DNA of 64,000 nucleotides from Macrostomum lignano (Eukaryota). Both the position numbers and the translations under genes were made by a program. The notes beneath the pieces were generated by a model. It saw nothing but the letters and a program-made list of their open reading frames with translations, had not been told where the DNA came from and searched no databases. The stretch is taken from NCBI GenBank assembly GCA_002269645.1, contig NIVC01001916.1, positions 62,001 through 126,000 on the forward strand, read 5' to 3'. This document shows, piece after piece, positions 45,806 to 57,957 of the stretch. The number at the start of each line of letters is the position of its first letter. The first letter of the stretch is position 1.

Positions 45806-47174
45806 TCTAGCAGTACAACCAAAATAGAAGAAAATGTTGATATTTCTACTATCAGTAGGAAAGTTTGCAAATCCAAAATTTTTTTAGAGCGTTAAGGTTA
45901 TAATTTTTGTCTTGAATAAAAACAGTTAATAAAAGCCATGATTTGTAGAAAGCAAATACTTTTTCAATTTTTGTCAAAGCTGAACTTTTTCGGACGAATA
46001 GAGGAATAATAATAATTAGTAAATTTATCGTTGTCAAATACTACTTATAAGAAGCAGTGCACTACTTTGGCAAGAAAGTTTGTAATTAAAATTTTTAATA
46101 AATAAAACAGTAAATCAAATGTGCTGTAAAATGCTTTAAATTTGCTAAAAGACAACGTATATATGTTAGTAATATTAAAAAACTGTACATTAGTTTTTTT
46201 TAGTAAAAATTAATAAATTTTTTACTATTCTGCCTTGTTGTTGTTACTTCTATTTTTAACTAATAGTCATGAAATAATTTTTTTCGTAGGCATGGTTTTT
46301 TTTTGGGTTAACGAATAACTGCTAAGCTGCTGCTTAGACATAGACACAATAGTGATTTTTGTTTGTTTTCTAATCAATCTACTGACTCCAATGCCTAGTG
46401 TTTAGTGATATTTGTAATATGAAGACAAATAAAACGAAAAAATAGAGAAATGTCGAGAAATGTCTAGAGAAAAAAATAGAGAAATGTCTACTCCCGACTG
46501 CTACAGCCTAACTATCCTATCACCATATTAGTATTACTCAGTTGCTGCTTGTAGGAATTCATTTTCAAAATCCCATTGCTTGCACTTGGCAGTATCGGAT
46601 CCATTTAGGCATTTATTAAAATAATGATAATACTGAAATTATTGAAAATAATTATATTTAGCTCATATGAATATGAATATTTATTGATTAAATAAGCTCT
46701 GTTTGTTTAAGCCTTGGCCTATAGCCACGTCTAAGACTAGATTATACTTATACTTATAGCATAATAAGGATGTTATAAATATTTTTATTTAACTAATAAG
46801 TCAGTACATAAATATTTAGGGAATAAACAATACTAGTTATTTTTTTATTTGTTACTCTATTTATGTAGGTACTTTATTCATGCAAACATTCTACATTCTG
46901 AATATTATTCGTAGATAAACAAAAAAGTTTTAATCTATAGGCCTAAATCCTAATAAATCTGTAATTCAGGGTCTATAACTTATAATAAAGCTAAAAGCTA
47001 TCTTAACTATTCTACTTAATTAAAGTCTAGCTTTAATTTCAATTCTAGTTTTGATAAGATTTAGATAAATGTTTTCCACATTTTTCATTCTCATAAAGAT
47101 TCATTGATTGTGATATTTCTTTTTCATAATACCATTATTCACGATCATTTTTTCATTGCATGCCTCATTCCCAG

Positions 47175-49619
47175 GAGTTCCAAATCTATGAGAGTGTTCT
47201 GGCACCCCTCTGCTCAAGATGCCAGTCCCTTGGAGCGGAGCTATTCGATCTGCAGTGCTCAGGCTGCTCCCAGCAGCTGGAGGTGGCAACTCCTAATCAG
47301 CTATTCGCCCTGATTCGCCAATGGACCCGACCTGCCCAGCAGCTGCTGCCTGAGATAGTTGACCGTCTGGCTGAGCTAGGCGTTGGACCAAACGATCGTG
47401 ATCAAGTGAGTCGATGATTTGATATTGTTTATCTTACTTTTTAGTGCTTTTGTCTGTGTTGAAAAGCGTGTACTTTTACTGGCTTTCTTGTTGACATAAT
47501 TTCAATTTTTCTAACTGATACCCCAGTGTATTTTCTTACTCCCCTGACACCCACTGAAACCCCCTGACACCCCACTGAAATCCCCTGGCACCCCACTGAA
47601 ATCACCCCTGACACCCCAATGAAACCTCCTGACACTCCATTTAAACCCCCTGACACCCCACCGAAATCACCCCTGACACCCCACTGAAACCTCCTGACAC
47701 TCCATTTAAACCCCTGACACCCCACCGAAATCACCCCTGATACCCCACTGAAAAAATCTCCTGACACCCCACTGAAATCACCTGACACCCACTGAAATCC
47801 CCTAACACCACTGAAATGCCCTAACACCCCACTGAAATCCCCTAACACCGCACTGAAACCTCCTGGCACTCCATTGAAACCCCCTGACACCTATTGAAAT
47901 CTCCTGACACCCCACTGAAATCCCCTAACACCCCACTGAAACATCCTGGCACTCCATTAAAACCCCTGACACTCCATTGAAACCCCCTGACACTCCATTG
48001 AAACCCCCTGACACCCCACTGAAACCCCCTGACACCCCACTGAAACCTCCTGACACCCCACTGAAACCCCACTGAAACCCCCTGACACCCCACTGAAACC
48101 CCCTGACACCCCACTGAAATCCCCTGGCACCCCACTGAAATCACCACTGGCAACAAAATCTATAAATAGTTCGGCCGCCTTAAAGGAAGACTGACTTCCT
48201 GTATTGCCACCGCATCAAGGTGACCGACTTTGCTCAGCTTCATTTTGCGGCAAAATGCGGTGCGTTGGCGAGTCCCTCCGCGGCGGCCAACGCCATGCGC
48301 GGACTTCTCTTGGCTGGGGCTCAGCCTGAGGCGCGCAGTCGGTGGACAGACGTAACCCCGTTGCACCTGGCGACAATGTTCAACTGTCAAGAGGCGGTGG
48401 AAGTTCTGCTAGAGGCCGGGGCTGATCCATTGGCTAGGTTAGTGGGGGTCACTTTGGCAACCTCCATAGACTAAAGTACAATCTCAGAAACCAGCCATAG
48501 ACTAAATTACAAACTCAGAAACCAGCCATAGACTAAATTACAAACTCAGAAACCAGCCATAGACTAAATTACAAACTCAGAAACCAGCCATAGACTAAAT
48601 TACAAACTCAGAAACCAGCCATAGACTAAATTACAAACTCAGAAACCAGCCATAGACTAAAGTACAAGCTTAAAAACCAGCCATAGACTAAAGTACAAAC
48701 TCAAAAACCAGCCATAGACTAAAGTACAAGCTTAAAAACCAGCCATAGACTAAAGTACAAACTTAGAAAACAGCCATAGACTAAAGTACAAACTAAAAAA
48801 CCAGCCATAGACTAAAGTACAAACTCAGAAACCAGCCATAGACTAAAGTACAAACTCAGAACCAGCCATAGACTAAATTACAAACTCAGAAACCAGCCAT
48901 AGACTAAATTACAAACTCAGAAACCAGCCATAGACTAAAGTACAAGCTTAAAAACCAGCCATAGACTAAAGTACAAACTCAAACACCAGCCATAGACTAA
49001 AGTACAAGCTTAAAAACCAGCCATAGACTAAAATACAAACTCAGAAAACAGCCATAGACTAAAGTATAAACTCAGAAAACAGCTATAGACTAAAGTACAA
49101 ACTCAAAAACCAGCCATAGACTAAAGTACAAACAAACTCATAGAAACCTTTCATAGACTAAGTACAATCAAACTCATAGTAAACCGGTCATAGACTAAAG
49201 TACAAACATACTCATAGAAACCGGTCATAGACTAAAGTACAAACATACTCATAGAACCGGTCATAGACTAAAGTAGAAACATACTCATAGAAACCGGTCA
49301 TAGACTAAAGTACAAACATACTCATAGTAAACGGTCATAATAGAGTTCGAACTCAGAACCGACTCTTTAACAATTCATGCCCTCTTTCACAATCAGATGC
49401 ACCGAGTTCGAAGACGCCACCCCGCTGCACCTGGCCGCTGCACACCTGAGCGAAGGCAGCGCCCGCCTGCTGGTCTCCAGCGCAGGTCAGGCAGCTCTGG
49501 CAGCCACAGACGAGTTGCTCCGGCGTCCCGTCGACTGCCTGCCTCAACTGACCTCTGGTTTGTTCAATATTGGACGAGCATGCTATAGAGCTTTCCCGAA
49601 ACCATTTTTAATCCAGTAA
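47175..49619 (+). pseudogene. 3'-truncated duplicate of the CLIP3/4-like gene (ankyrin part only, novel tail IGRACYRAFPKPFLIQ*)
   Basis: Exons 47175-47405, 48220-48437 and 49397-49567 are identical to the left copy; the arm ends mid-exon and the frame runs into unique sequence to a stop at 49619; AATAAA at 49738. Confidence 0.8.
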
Positions 49620-50614
49620 ATGCACATTAGAACCTGGCAGTTTATTCCTATCAGTATTTACGAGTACTTCATTTTACTCCAGATAATTTATGAACACGCT
49701 GTTTTACCACATTTTCCGTACGCTGTATGCGTATTTAAATAAACACTGTAATACATTCAACTTTGCTGATTTTTTGTTTTTAATGTATACATCTGTCAGG
49801 AATTTTTTTGGTCTCTTTTCAAGATTTCAAAACTGTCTTTACGCATCTGCCAGTTAAAACGGAGACAAAATCAACAAAAAACGGTGTCTGTTAGTTATTA
49901 CAGAACTGCACGATTCTGCACGATGCTCAGCCGCCTTGGTCGCCGATCTTGATGGCAGGTCTCCACCACCGCCCGGAACAACGCCGTCCTCACGACCTCA
50001 CAACGCGGTCACCTCAGACTGCACAAAATGACAGCCTCGATGTCGTCCGGCAAGCAGAGGGCGACATTCTGTGTGTTGACCTGACGCTGGGTACGTGTCC
50101 TTGACGGTTGAGGACAGCAACATCAGATGGCTGACACTCGAAAATAGGAGACAAGACAAACAACTCGTCTTACACATGTGTGTCTTGAATCAATGCGGAC
50201 AAAAGGCAATTCTTTTTCGCTGTTGAACAATTACTTTTTGGCAGATGCAGAAGGCGACATTTTGAGTAGGCTCAACAGTTTTCTTAGAAACGAACAATTT
50301 CAAAGGCATCTGAGAGCTACACAATTGTTGCGAAACTTTTTTTGATGCTAATTAAAGCAAACAAGGATGAAAAGGAAGTTTTTTCTGTGAGCAAAACTTG
50401 AAACTGTCTAACAAGTTGACGCCACCTCAAGACCATCTTATCCAAATTTTCAGCATATGCCTCTCCACCTCTCTTAAGCTGCAGAGTGGAGACGCGTAGG
50501 TCTCACTTGATATGATGCGTGCACGATAGACATCGCTCAAATTAGATTGAGAACAAAAATTTTAAATGAGTCATGCCGTGAATGACATCACGTTGTATTG
50601 TCGTCACGTTGAAA

Positions 50615-51255
50615 CACCTCCCTCATCTCCCTTCCTCTCTCCCTCATCTCCCTCCCTCTCTCCCTCATCTCCCTCCCTCTCTCCCTCATCTCCCTTCCTC
50701 TCTCCCTCATCTCCCTCCCTCTCTCCCTCATCTCCCTCCCTCTCTCCCTCATCTCCCTTCCTCTCTACCTCATCTCCCTCCCTCTCTCCCTCATCTCCCT
50801 CCCTCTCTCCCTCATCTCCCTCCCTCTCTCCCTCATCTCCCTCCCTCTCTCCCTCATCTCCCTTCCTCTCTACCTCATCTCCCTCCCTCTCTCCCTCATC
50901 TCCCTCCCTCTCTCCCTCATCTCCCTCCCTCTCTCCCTCATCTCCCTCCCTCTCTCCCTCATCTCCCTTCCTCTCTACCTCATCTCCCTCCCTCTCTCCC
51001 TCATCTCCCTCCCTCTCTCCCTCATCTCCCTTCCTCTCTACCTCATCTCCCTCCCTCTCTCCCTCATCTCCCTTCCTCTCTACCTCATCTCCCTCCCTCT
51101 CTCCCTCATCTCCCTCCCTCTCTCCCTCATCTCCCTTCCTCTCTACCTCATCTCCCTCCCTCTCTCCCTCATCTCCCTTCCTCTCTACCTCATCTCCCTC
51201 CCTCTCTCCCTCATCTCCCTTCCTCTCTCCCTCATCTCCCTTCTCTCTTCTTCAT
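50615..51255. repeat. 21-bp pyrimidine-rich minisatellite (CTCCCTCATCTCCCTCCCTCT), about 30 copies
   Basis: Tandem periodicity; explains the SPSSPSL/LPHLPPS ORFs. Confidence 0.96.
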
Positions 51256-51597
51256 CTCCCTCCCTCATTTCATGCCGTCATTCATACAAAGAAAAGAAAA
51301 GTTGAATCCAAAAGATTTTACGCCAAGACTGCAGCCCTCCTTTACTCCCACGATTCAGGGAAACTTGGGCTATTTCCTTCATTCCAGGCAGTCTCTGATT
51401 TTAATGATCGACCCAGCCAAGCCATCCTTGCCATTCGCCAAGCATCCCTTTCCTGACTGGCTGGAGACGGAGGAACCCAAGCCTAGAGAGGATTCAGCAC
51501 CTCCCCTCGCTTTACTTAAACGCTGCTGATTTCACATGCAGCCGGGAAAAATTCTGCAAACACATGAGAACAGCTTTTAGACTGAAAAGAGTTAACA

Positions 51598-54500
51598 ATG
51601 ACCCTAGCAACGGTTGCCACGGCCGCACTACTGCTGCAGCTGACGGCGCCAGGCGCCTGCAGCGAGCCCGATCAGTACCTGTACTCACCAGGCCAGGCGC
51701 ACTGGGACAGCGGCAAGGCCGCGGAGTCCAGACAGCCGGCCGCGCTTGTGGCCGCCCGCTCGGACATCGAGTGCGCGTCCGAGTGCGAGGCCGCGTCCCG
51801 CAGCTGCGTCGGGGTCGCCTGGTGCCCTCGCGACGAGTCCGCCGGAGACTGCCGGCTTCTCGGCGACACGGCCGACGCCTCCGCGATGCCGTCGGGGTGT
51901 CGGGTGCTGGCGCTGAGCAACAGGCGTCGAGGTAAGCAGCGGTCCGAGCTCGAATAAGAGCTCTCAAAATCTACGAAAAACTCCATGGCTGCATGACTTG
52001 ATTATTGATTCTATGGCTTGATGACTTGATTATTGATTCTATGGCTTGATGACTTGATTATTGATTCTATGGCATGATGACTTGATTATTGATTCTATGG
52101 CTTGATGACTTGATTATTTATTCTATGGCTTGATGACTTGATTATTGATTCGATGGCTTGATGACTTGATTATTGATTCTATGGCTTGATGACTTGATTA
52201 TTGATTCTATGGCATGATGACTTGATTATTGATTCTATGGCTTGATGACTTGATTATTTATTCTATGGCTTGATGACTTGATTATTGATTCGATGGCTTG
52301 ATGACTTGATTATTGATTCAATGGCTTGATGACTTGATTATTAATTCTATGGCTTGATGACTTGATTATTAATTCTATGGCTTGATGACTTGATTATTGA
52401 TTCTATGGCTTGATGACTTGATTATTGATTCTATGGCTTGATGACTTGATTATCAATTCTTTGGCTTGATGACTTGATTATTGATTATATGGCTTGATGA
52501 CTTGATTATCAATTCTTTGGCTTGATGACTTGATTATTGAGCTCAATCTGTGAATCTCCGGTCCGCAGTGAGCGGCGGCTGGTGTCCCTGGAGCTCGTGG
52601 ACCTCCTGGAGCGCCGCCTGCCACGCCGCTCAACGCCTCCGCGGTCGAAGCTGCCGATGCCCGAGTCCGCAGGCTCCTGCCGCCGGGGCCCACTGCGAGG
52701 ACCGCACAGCCGACGGAGGCGACTCGCAGAACGAGCAGCGCTTCATCGGCTGGTGCGCCTGGGAGGACTGGGCGACCTGGAGCTCAGGTGAGGCTTCAGA
52801 GCCGTTTTGAACATCTGTGACCAAACAGTTCGGTAGTGAGCTCTCTGTGACCAAACACTTTGCTAGTGAGCTCTCTGTGACCAAACACTTTGGTAGTGAG
52901 CTCTCTGTGACCAAACACTTTGGTAGTGAGCTCTCTGTGACCAAACACTTCGGTAGTGAGCTCTCTGTGACCAAACACTTTGCTAGTGAGCTCTCTGTGA
53001 CCAAACACTTTGGTAGTGAGCTCTCTGTGACCAAACACTTTGGTAGTGAGATCTCTGTGACCAAACACTTCGGTAGTGAGCTCTCTGTGACCAAACACTT
53101 TGGTAGTGAGCTCCCGAAAAAAGAACTTCGCTGAAAACATGCGCAATATTCCAGGTTGCAACTCAAACCAGCAACGCACCAGGGAGAGGAACTGCAGCTG
53201 CCCCATCGCTCCGGTAGCGACTCCGTCAACTGAGGCTTCTCAGACTGCCGCCAGGTTCATGGGCTGGTGCGAGTGGCAGGACTGGAGCACCTGGACTACA
53301 GGTGAGCCTAGCGACAAATTCCTTGCTTTGAAGTGAGTTTGGCAAATAATTGTCAGTGCTAGACTGAACTGGCTGGCTTTCTCTGGCTCTTAAAGGTAGC
53401 CGTCGCCCAAGACAAGAAGCACATTATAAGCATTGTCTACTGTATAAATATCGATAAATTACATGTAGATTCAGGAGTCAGGAGGCCCTTATTTAGAGTT
53501 TGTGCTCACAACAGACTTGCTTTTGGCTAAAAAAGTAAACGATGGCACTTCAGTTTCACCGAGTGTGGATGACTTCTTAGGAATGTACCATGCAGATAAT
53601 GCTCACCAGTGCTCAAAAACATTTCTCCAGGCTGCAACTCGAACCAGCAGCGCACCAGGGTGAGGAGCTGCAGCTGCGTGACCACTGCCGTCGCCACGCC
53701 GTCCACTGAGGCTTCTCAAACTGACTCCAGATACATGGGCTGGTGCGCGTGGCAGGGCTGGAGCACCTGGACTACAGGTGAGCTTGAGGATTGTTTGCGT
53801 AAAATGCCACAGTCAATCAGGGTTCGTTGTGTTTTCATTCGAATATCTTTTATTATTCACTGGGACGGGGGTTGAGCAACCTGCTAGAATTTTACTAAAT
53901 TGCTACTGCAGTACAAAGTAACAGAAAATTAAAAATTAAAAACGACTGGGTCTCGAATAAGGCCTTTGGTTTGATTTTGCGTTCGTTTACATTAATATGG
54001 AGCTTGTACACGAAAATTTCGGTGTTGTGCAATTCATACTCATGAAAGCCAATTTTGAAGGCACAGGGAGTGTACATACCTGCTGCCTGCGACGATTAGA
54101 AAGCCAGGGTCGCGCTGCGCACCATGTGTGAAGGTGTGCAGGAGTGCAGTACCTGCGTACAGTATTGCGCGCTTTTATGCATGTTCTCAGGAGTCAGGAG
54201 AACTTGCACAGCGCTGGTTGAGATGACGATGACACTAGAGGCGTTGCTCTAGCGTGCCCACAGCTCAATTATGAATATTATTATATTACCTTAGGTAGTT
54301 GTTTAAAAATTTTGAAACAATTGAAATGCCACACATTCCAGGCTGCAACTCGAACCAGCAGCGCACCAGGGTGAGGAGCTGCAGCTGCGTCACCACCGCC
54401 GTCGCCACGCCGTCCACTGAGGCTTCTCAAACTGACACCAGATACATGGGCTGGTGCGCGTGGCAGGGCTGGAGCACCTGGACTACAGGTGAGCTTGAGG

Positions 54501-55411
54501 ATTGTGTACCTCTACCACTCTCAGTCAGGGTTTGTTTTGACTTCTTGCAAATTGGCTCAAATCCGTATCTGTTAAAGCTTCTGGATTATAAAATTAATGG
54601 TTTCACGTAGCTCATGTAATCCGATCACTGGACGTTAATACTGTCGCAGTGATGAGTTGAATTTTTCAAATTCTACAGCCAGAAGGTAATGCTGGATTGC
54701 AAATAGATTTTTCGAGGCCAAGCGACCTGCTTAAATTTTTGTTTAAATTTAGGTTGCAACAAATTGAGGACAAAATTTTGCTAAACCAAGTCAGTGAGAT
54801 GATCAAATGCCACACATTCCAGGCTGCAACTCGAACCAGCGGCGCATCAGGACAAGGAGCTGCAGCTGCGTCACCACTGCCGTCGCTACGCCGTCCACTG
54901 AGGCTTCTGAAACGGACACTAGATACATGGGTTGGTGCCAATGGCAGGACTGGAGCACCTGGACTACAGGTGAGCTTGAGAAGTAATAGAACTAATAGAA
55001 CTCAAACATATGGAGCCTCCGATTTTTTTTGACCATGTGCATTGATAATCCCAGTATGATAAATCATGATTGCTGTATCGTAGTGTTTTGAGTATCGAGT
55101 ACTCATAATTGTCATTTTAAGGCTGCAACGTGATTCAGCGGCGAACGAGGGGTCGAACCTGCGGCTGCATCACCGGCCCTGTCACTTCGCCGTCTACTGA
55201 AACTTCTCAAACTAGCACTAGATTCATGGGCTGGTGCCCCTGGGACTCGTGGAGCAGCTGGTCTGGCTGGTACAAAAGCAACTGTGTCATCCTGTGGAAA
55301 AGAAAGAAGCGCACTCGAACCCGAAGCTGTAGCTGCACAGTGAGCTACACGTCAAGTCCGTCCACTTCGAACCTTGAGACCGACGAAACTCGCTGCAATT
55401 TTAAAGGATAG
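51598..55411 (+). CDS. Secreted PAN/apple-like + thrombospondin type-1 repeat protein (476 aa), 7 exons
   Basis: Exons 51598-51931, 52569-52787, 53155-53301, 53631-53777, 54342-54488, 54823-54969 and 55122-55411, all phase 1 and in frame. Signal peptide; PAN-like S.IECASEC....C.GVAW....C.L; repeated WC.W..W..W..GC...QRTR.R.CSC TSP1 motifs. Confidence 0.9.
51990..52540. repeat. 28-bp minisatellite (ATGGCTTGATGACTTGATTATTGATTCT), about 20 copies, intronic
   Basis: Tandem periodicity. Confidence 0.96.
52812..53112. repeat. 30-bp minisatellite (CTCTGTGACCAAACACTTTGGTAGTGAGCT), 10 copies, intronic
   Basis: Tandem periodicity. Confidence 0.96.
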
Positions 55412-56199
55412 TCATTATTTTGTACAATGGGTCGAATCATCTTGAACGAAGACAAAGCGAACATCTGATCGACCGGCTTTCAAGGACTTATTGAATACCC
55501 TTTTCCTAACTTTTAGAACTCCTGCTAAAAGTACGTCTCTCTCCCAGAATATTCGCCGTTAATTTGTCGAATTTATTTTATTCAGACCGATAGGTGCAGC
55601 CGTGTCACCGATCTATCTTTGTGTTACTGACGGCAAATTAACATTACAACTTTTTTGTTTTACATACAACTTTAAGATTATTAATATTAAATAATTAAAA
55701 CAAAAGCAAGGCATCAACAAATTAAATTTTTAATCGCCTTAAAATCATTTTTTTCTGAATTATGAACAACAGAAATGACACGCAAGCAAACGGTTTTTAA
55801 CTAAGTACTTTTCGTCCAACCCCAGTAAAACTATTCAAATAAGATTATAGAAGATTATACATGCCTTTCGAGATATTTATAAAAATAGCTCCTGAAAAAG
55901 CTTAATCTCATATAAAACTTAGACAAATAAGTTTTACGGGATATTATATAATAAATCTTACCAAATAAAATATCAAAGAATGCAAATATTGAACCGGAAA
56001 ATATTAGTATTTAAAAAAAAGTTATAAAATAAACGTCTACACACTTCCAATTTCCAAGTTCAACTGGAGAACAACACTTAGCTACCATAGACAACACACA
56101 ATAAAACAGAGACAAGCATAGAAACTTACAGCGTATTTACTATATTATAAGTATTGTAGCGTATTTCTATAATTTTCTATAACATGCTTAAATATTCGT

Positions 56200-56396
56200 A
56201 TTCTAGAAAGTTCTCCAACTAAACAACGCGCGTACACGGTATAAGATAGCGTACAGTACAATACTTGTATTCTAGAAACTTCGCGTAAAACACTCACTTG
56301 CTATATTTGGTATTTCGAACTCCCGCGCACCCTTTCTAGAAACTACTTCTCGAACTTTCCGGATTCCGGAATGCTCTATTAACACGAATATAAATA
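56200..56396 (+). promoter_or_regulatory. Cluster of three 3-unit heat-shock elements plus TATA box, with no adjacent ORF
   Basis: TTCtaGAAagTTC (56201), TTCtaGAAacTTC (56270), TTCtcGAActTTC (56347) and TATAAATA (56389). Confidence 0.7.
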
Positions 56397-57545
56397 TACA
56401 GCACCCCAACACGCAATTATTCAACTCTCCTCCTTTTCCACACGGAAAACAATCAAAGCAAAACCAAAGTAAACGAACCACCGCGTTTTACGTCTCGATT
56501 ATTTTCGTGATCCTTACAAACTCCCTGACACTGTTTTAACAAAGTATGCATACATCATGAACTTTAACTTAACATTTCGTTCATAAAGTTATCGTCAGCG
56601 TAATACCCCAATTAATTGTTGATGGTGACATTATAGTCCTTAGTTGTAATTAAGTTGTCCTTTTGGACGTTTTCTAATCAAAATTGCACTCCCTTATTTG
56701 GACATCAGATCGTTCGATCGTAGCATCGCATTTGGGTACACATTTACATGTAGGCCCACATCTAAGACATCTAAGTGTGTTTTTTGCCAATAGTCCGGAT
56801 GGGAAGTCGGCCTTCACCTTACGAGTAGCTGAGTCGGTAGAATCAAAGTAGACAACATTTTTTGGCTTAACTCTTGTGTAACTAACTAGCCAACTTAACT
56901 GATTTAGTCTTTTGAAACAGGTAAACGGTATAACAAGCAACATTTCTATTCTCTCAACTCGATTGACAGTTGCACTCTGATCTATTGTCATAGCGCATGT
57001 GTTTCTTTCTTTCTCTAAGGACAAAATTTTATCTATTTGGATATTACAATATTAACTTTTATTTATGAAGTCAATATGAATCATCTTCTTCAAATCGTTA
57101 GGTAAAGTACTTTATCATTTGCAGTAAGGTTTATATAAAATTCAAAACTTTATCTGAGATTTCCAGTTAAAATTTATCAAAGTTCCAACTACACTTTACA
57201 GTACTTTTCTACAAATTTTTACAAAACTCGGTGGGTGCTACAAGGGTACCATCTAGATATGTGCAGTTCTATCCATGAGCTGAGGAACCAAGTTGATGCA
57301 GACGTCGTCCAACTCAGCAATTCTACCCTTAAGCCTTGACATCTACCCTTAAGCAATTCCCCCGTAAGCATTGACATCTCAGAAATTCCCCATTCAGCAT
57401 TGACATCTCCGCAATCCCCCGAAGACTTGACATCTCCGCAATCCCCCCAAGCGCGCGGATACCTATGCAGTCATACGCACAGGCACACACTCACACAGGA
57501 GTGTACAGCGCCACTAACTTTATTTTCCGTTAGGCATGTACACTT

Positions 57546-57668
57546 ACTTCACTATGCTTTGGAGGTTGGCCATCAAGGGCGTTAATTCCACGAGCAGAGC
57601 CAAGCCGAGATCCCAATTTAGCCCAAATTGATGTGACTGCACTTGGAATCGAGTCTGGGCCACTGGTA
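57546..57668 (-). mobile_element. Dispersed repeat (SINE-like), second copy of 14298-14424
   Basis: Reverse-complement alignment to 14298-14424. Confidence 0.65.
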
Positions 57669-57957
57669 CATGTACATCAGAGCGCAGCGCTAGACCACTA
57701 GACCCCAACATATCTATATAGTATCTGCATGTCGATTCTTCAGGTGACAATCTGAGATACTGTCGCAACAACTTACTGAACTCCCTTGAGCTTTCAATCA
57801 AACAAATTTACAACTGAATACAACTCAGAGTCTAATTTCTATGGGTAGAAGCGTCGACGCAGTAAGTAAAGTTTAGAAAGCTACACTTGCATGAATACGC
57901 TTTAAGGCTACTGGTAAAATTTGAAATTAAAACATTCGTCACAGCATCCGGAGCATC

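Larger units (their letters stand above)
42896..49567 (-). repeat. Right arm (6672 bp) of giant inverted repeat
   Basis: Reverse complement of 35161-41833; the only difference I noticed is C5 versus C4 at 38972-38976 / about 45753-45756. Confidence 0.98.

Noticed and set aside
56674-57024. 116-aa minus-strand ORF with a Cys cluster (CLRCGPTCKC)
   Set aside because: No recognisable family, non-ATG start and no clear splice support; it cannot be excluded but cannot be supported.
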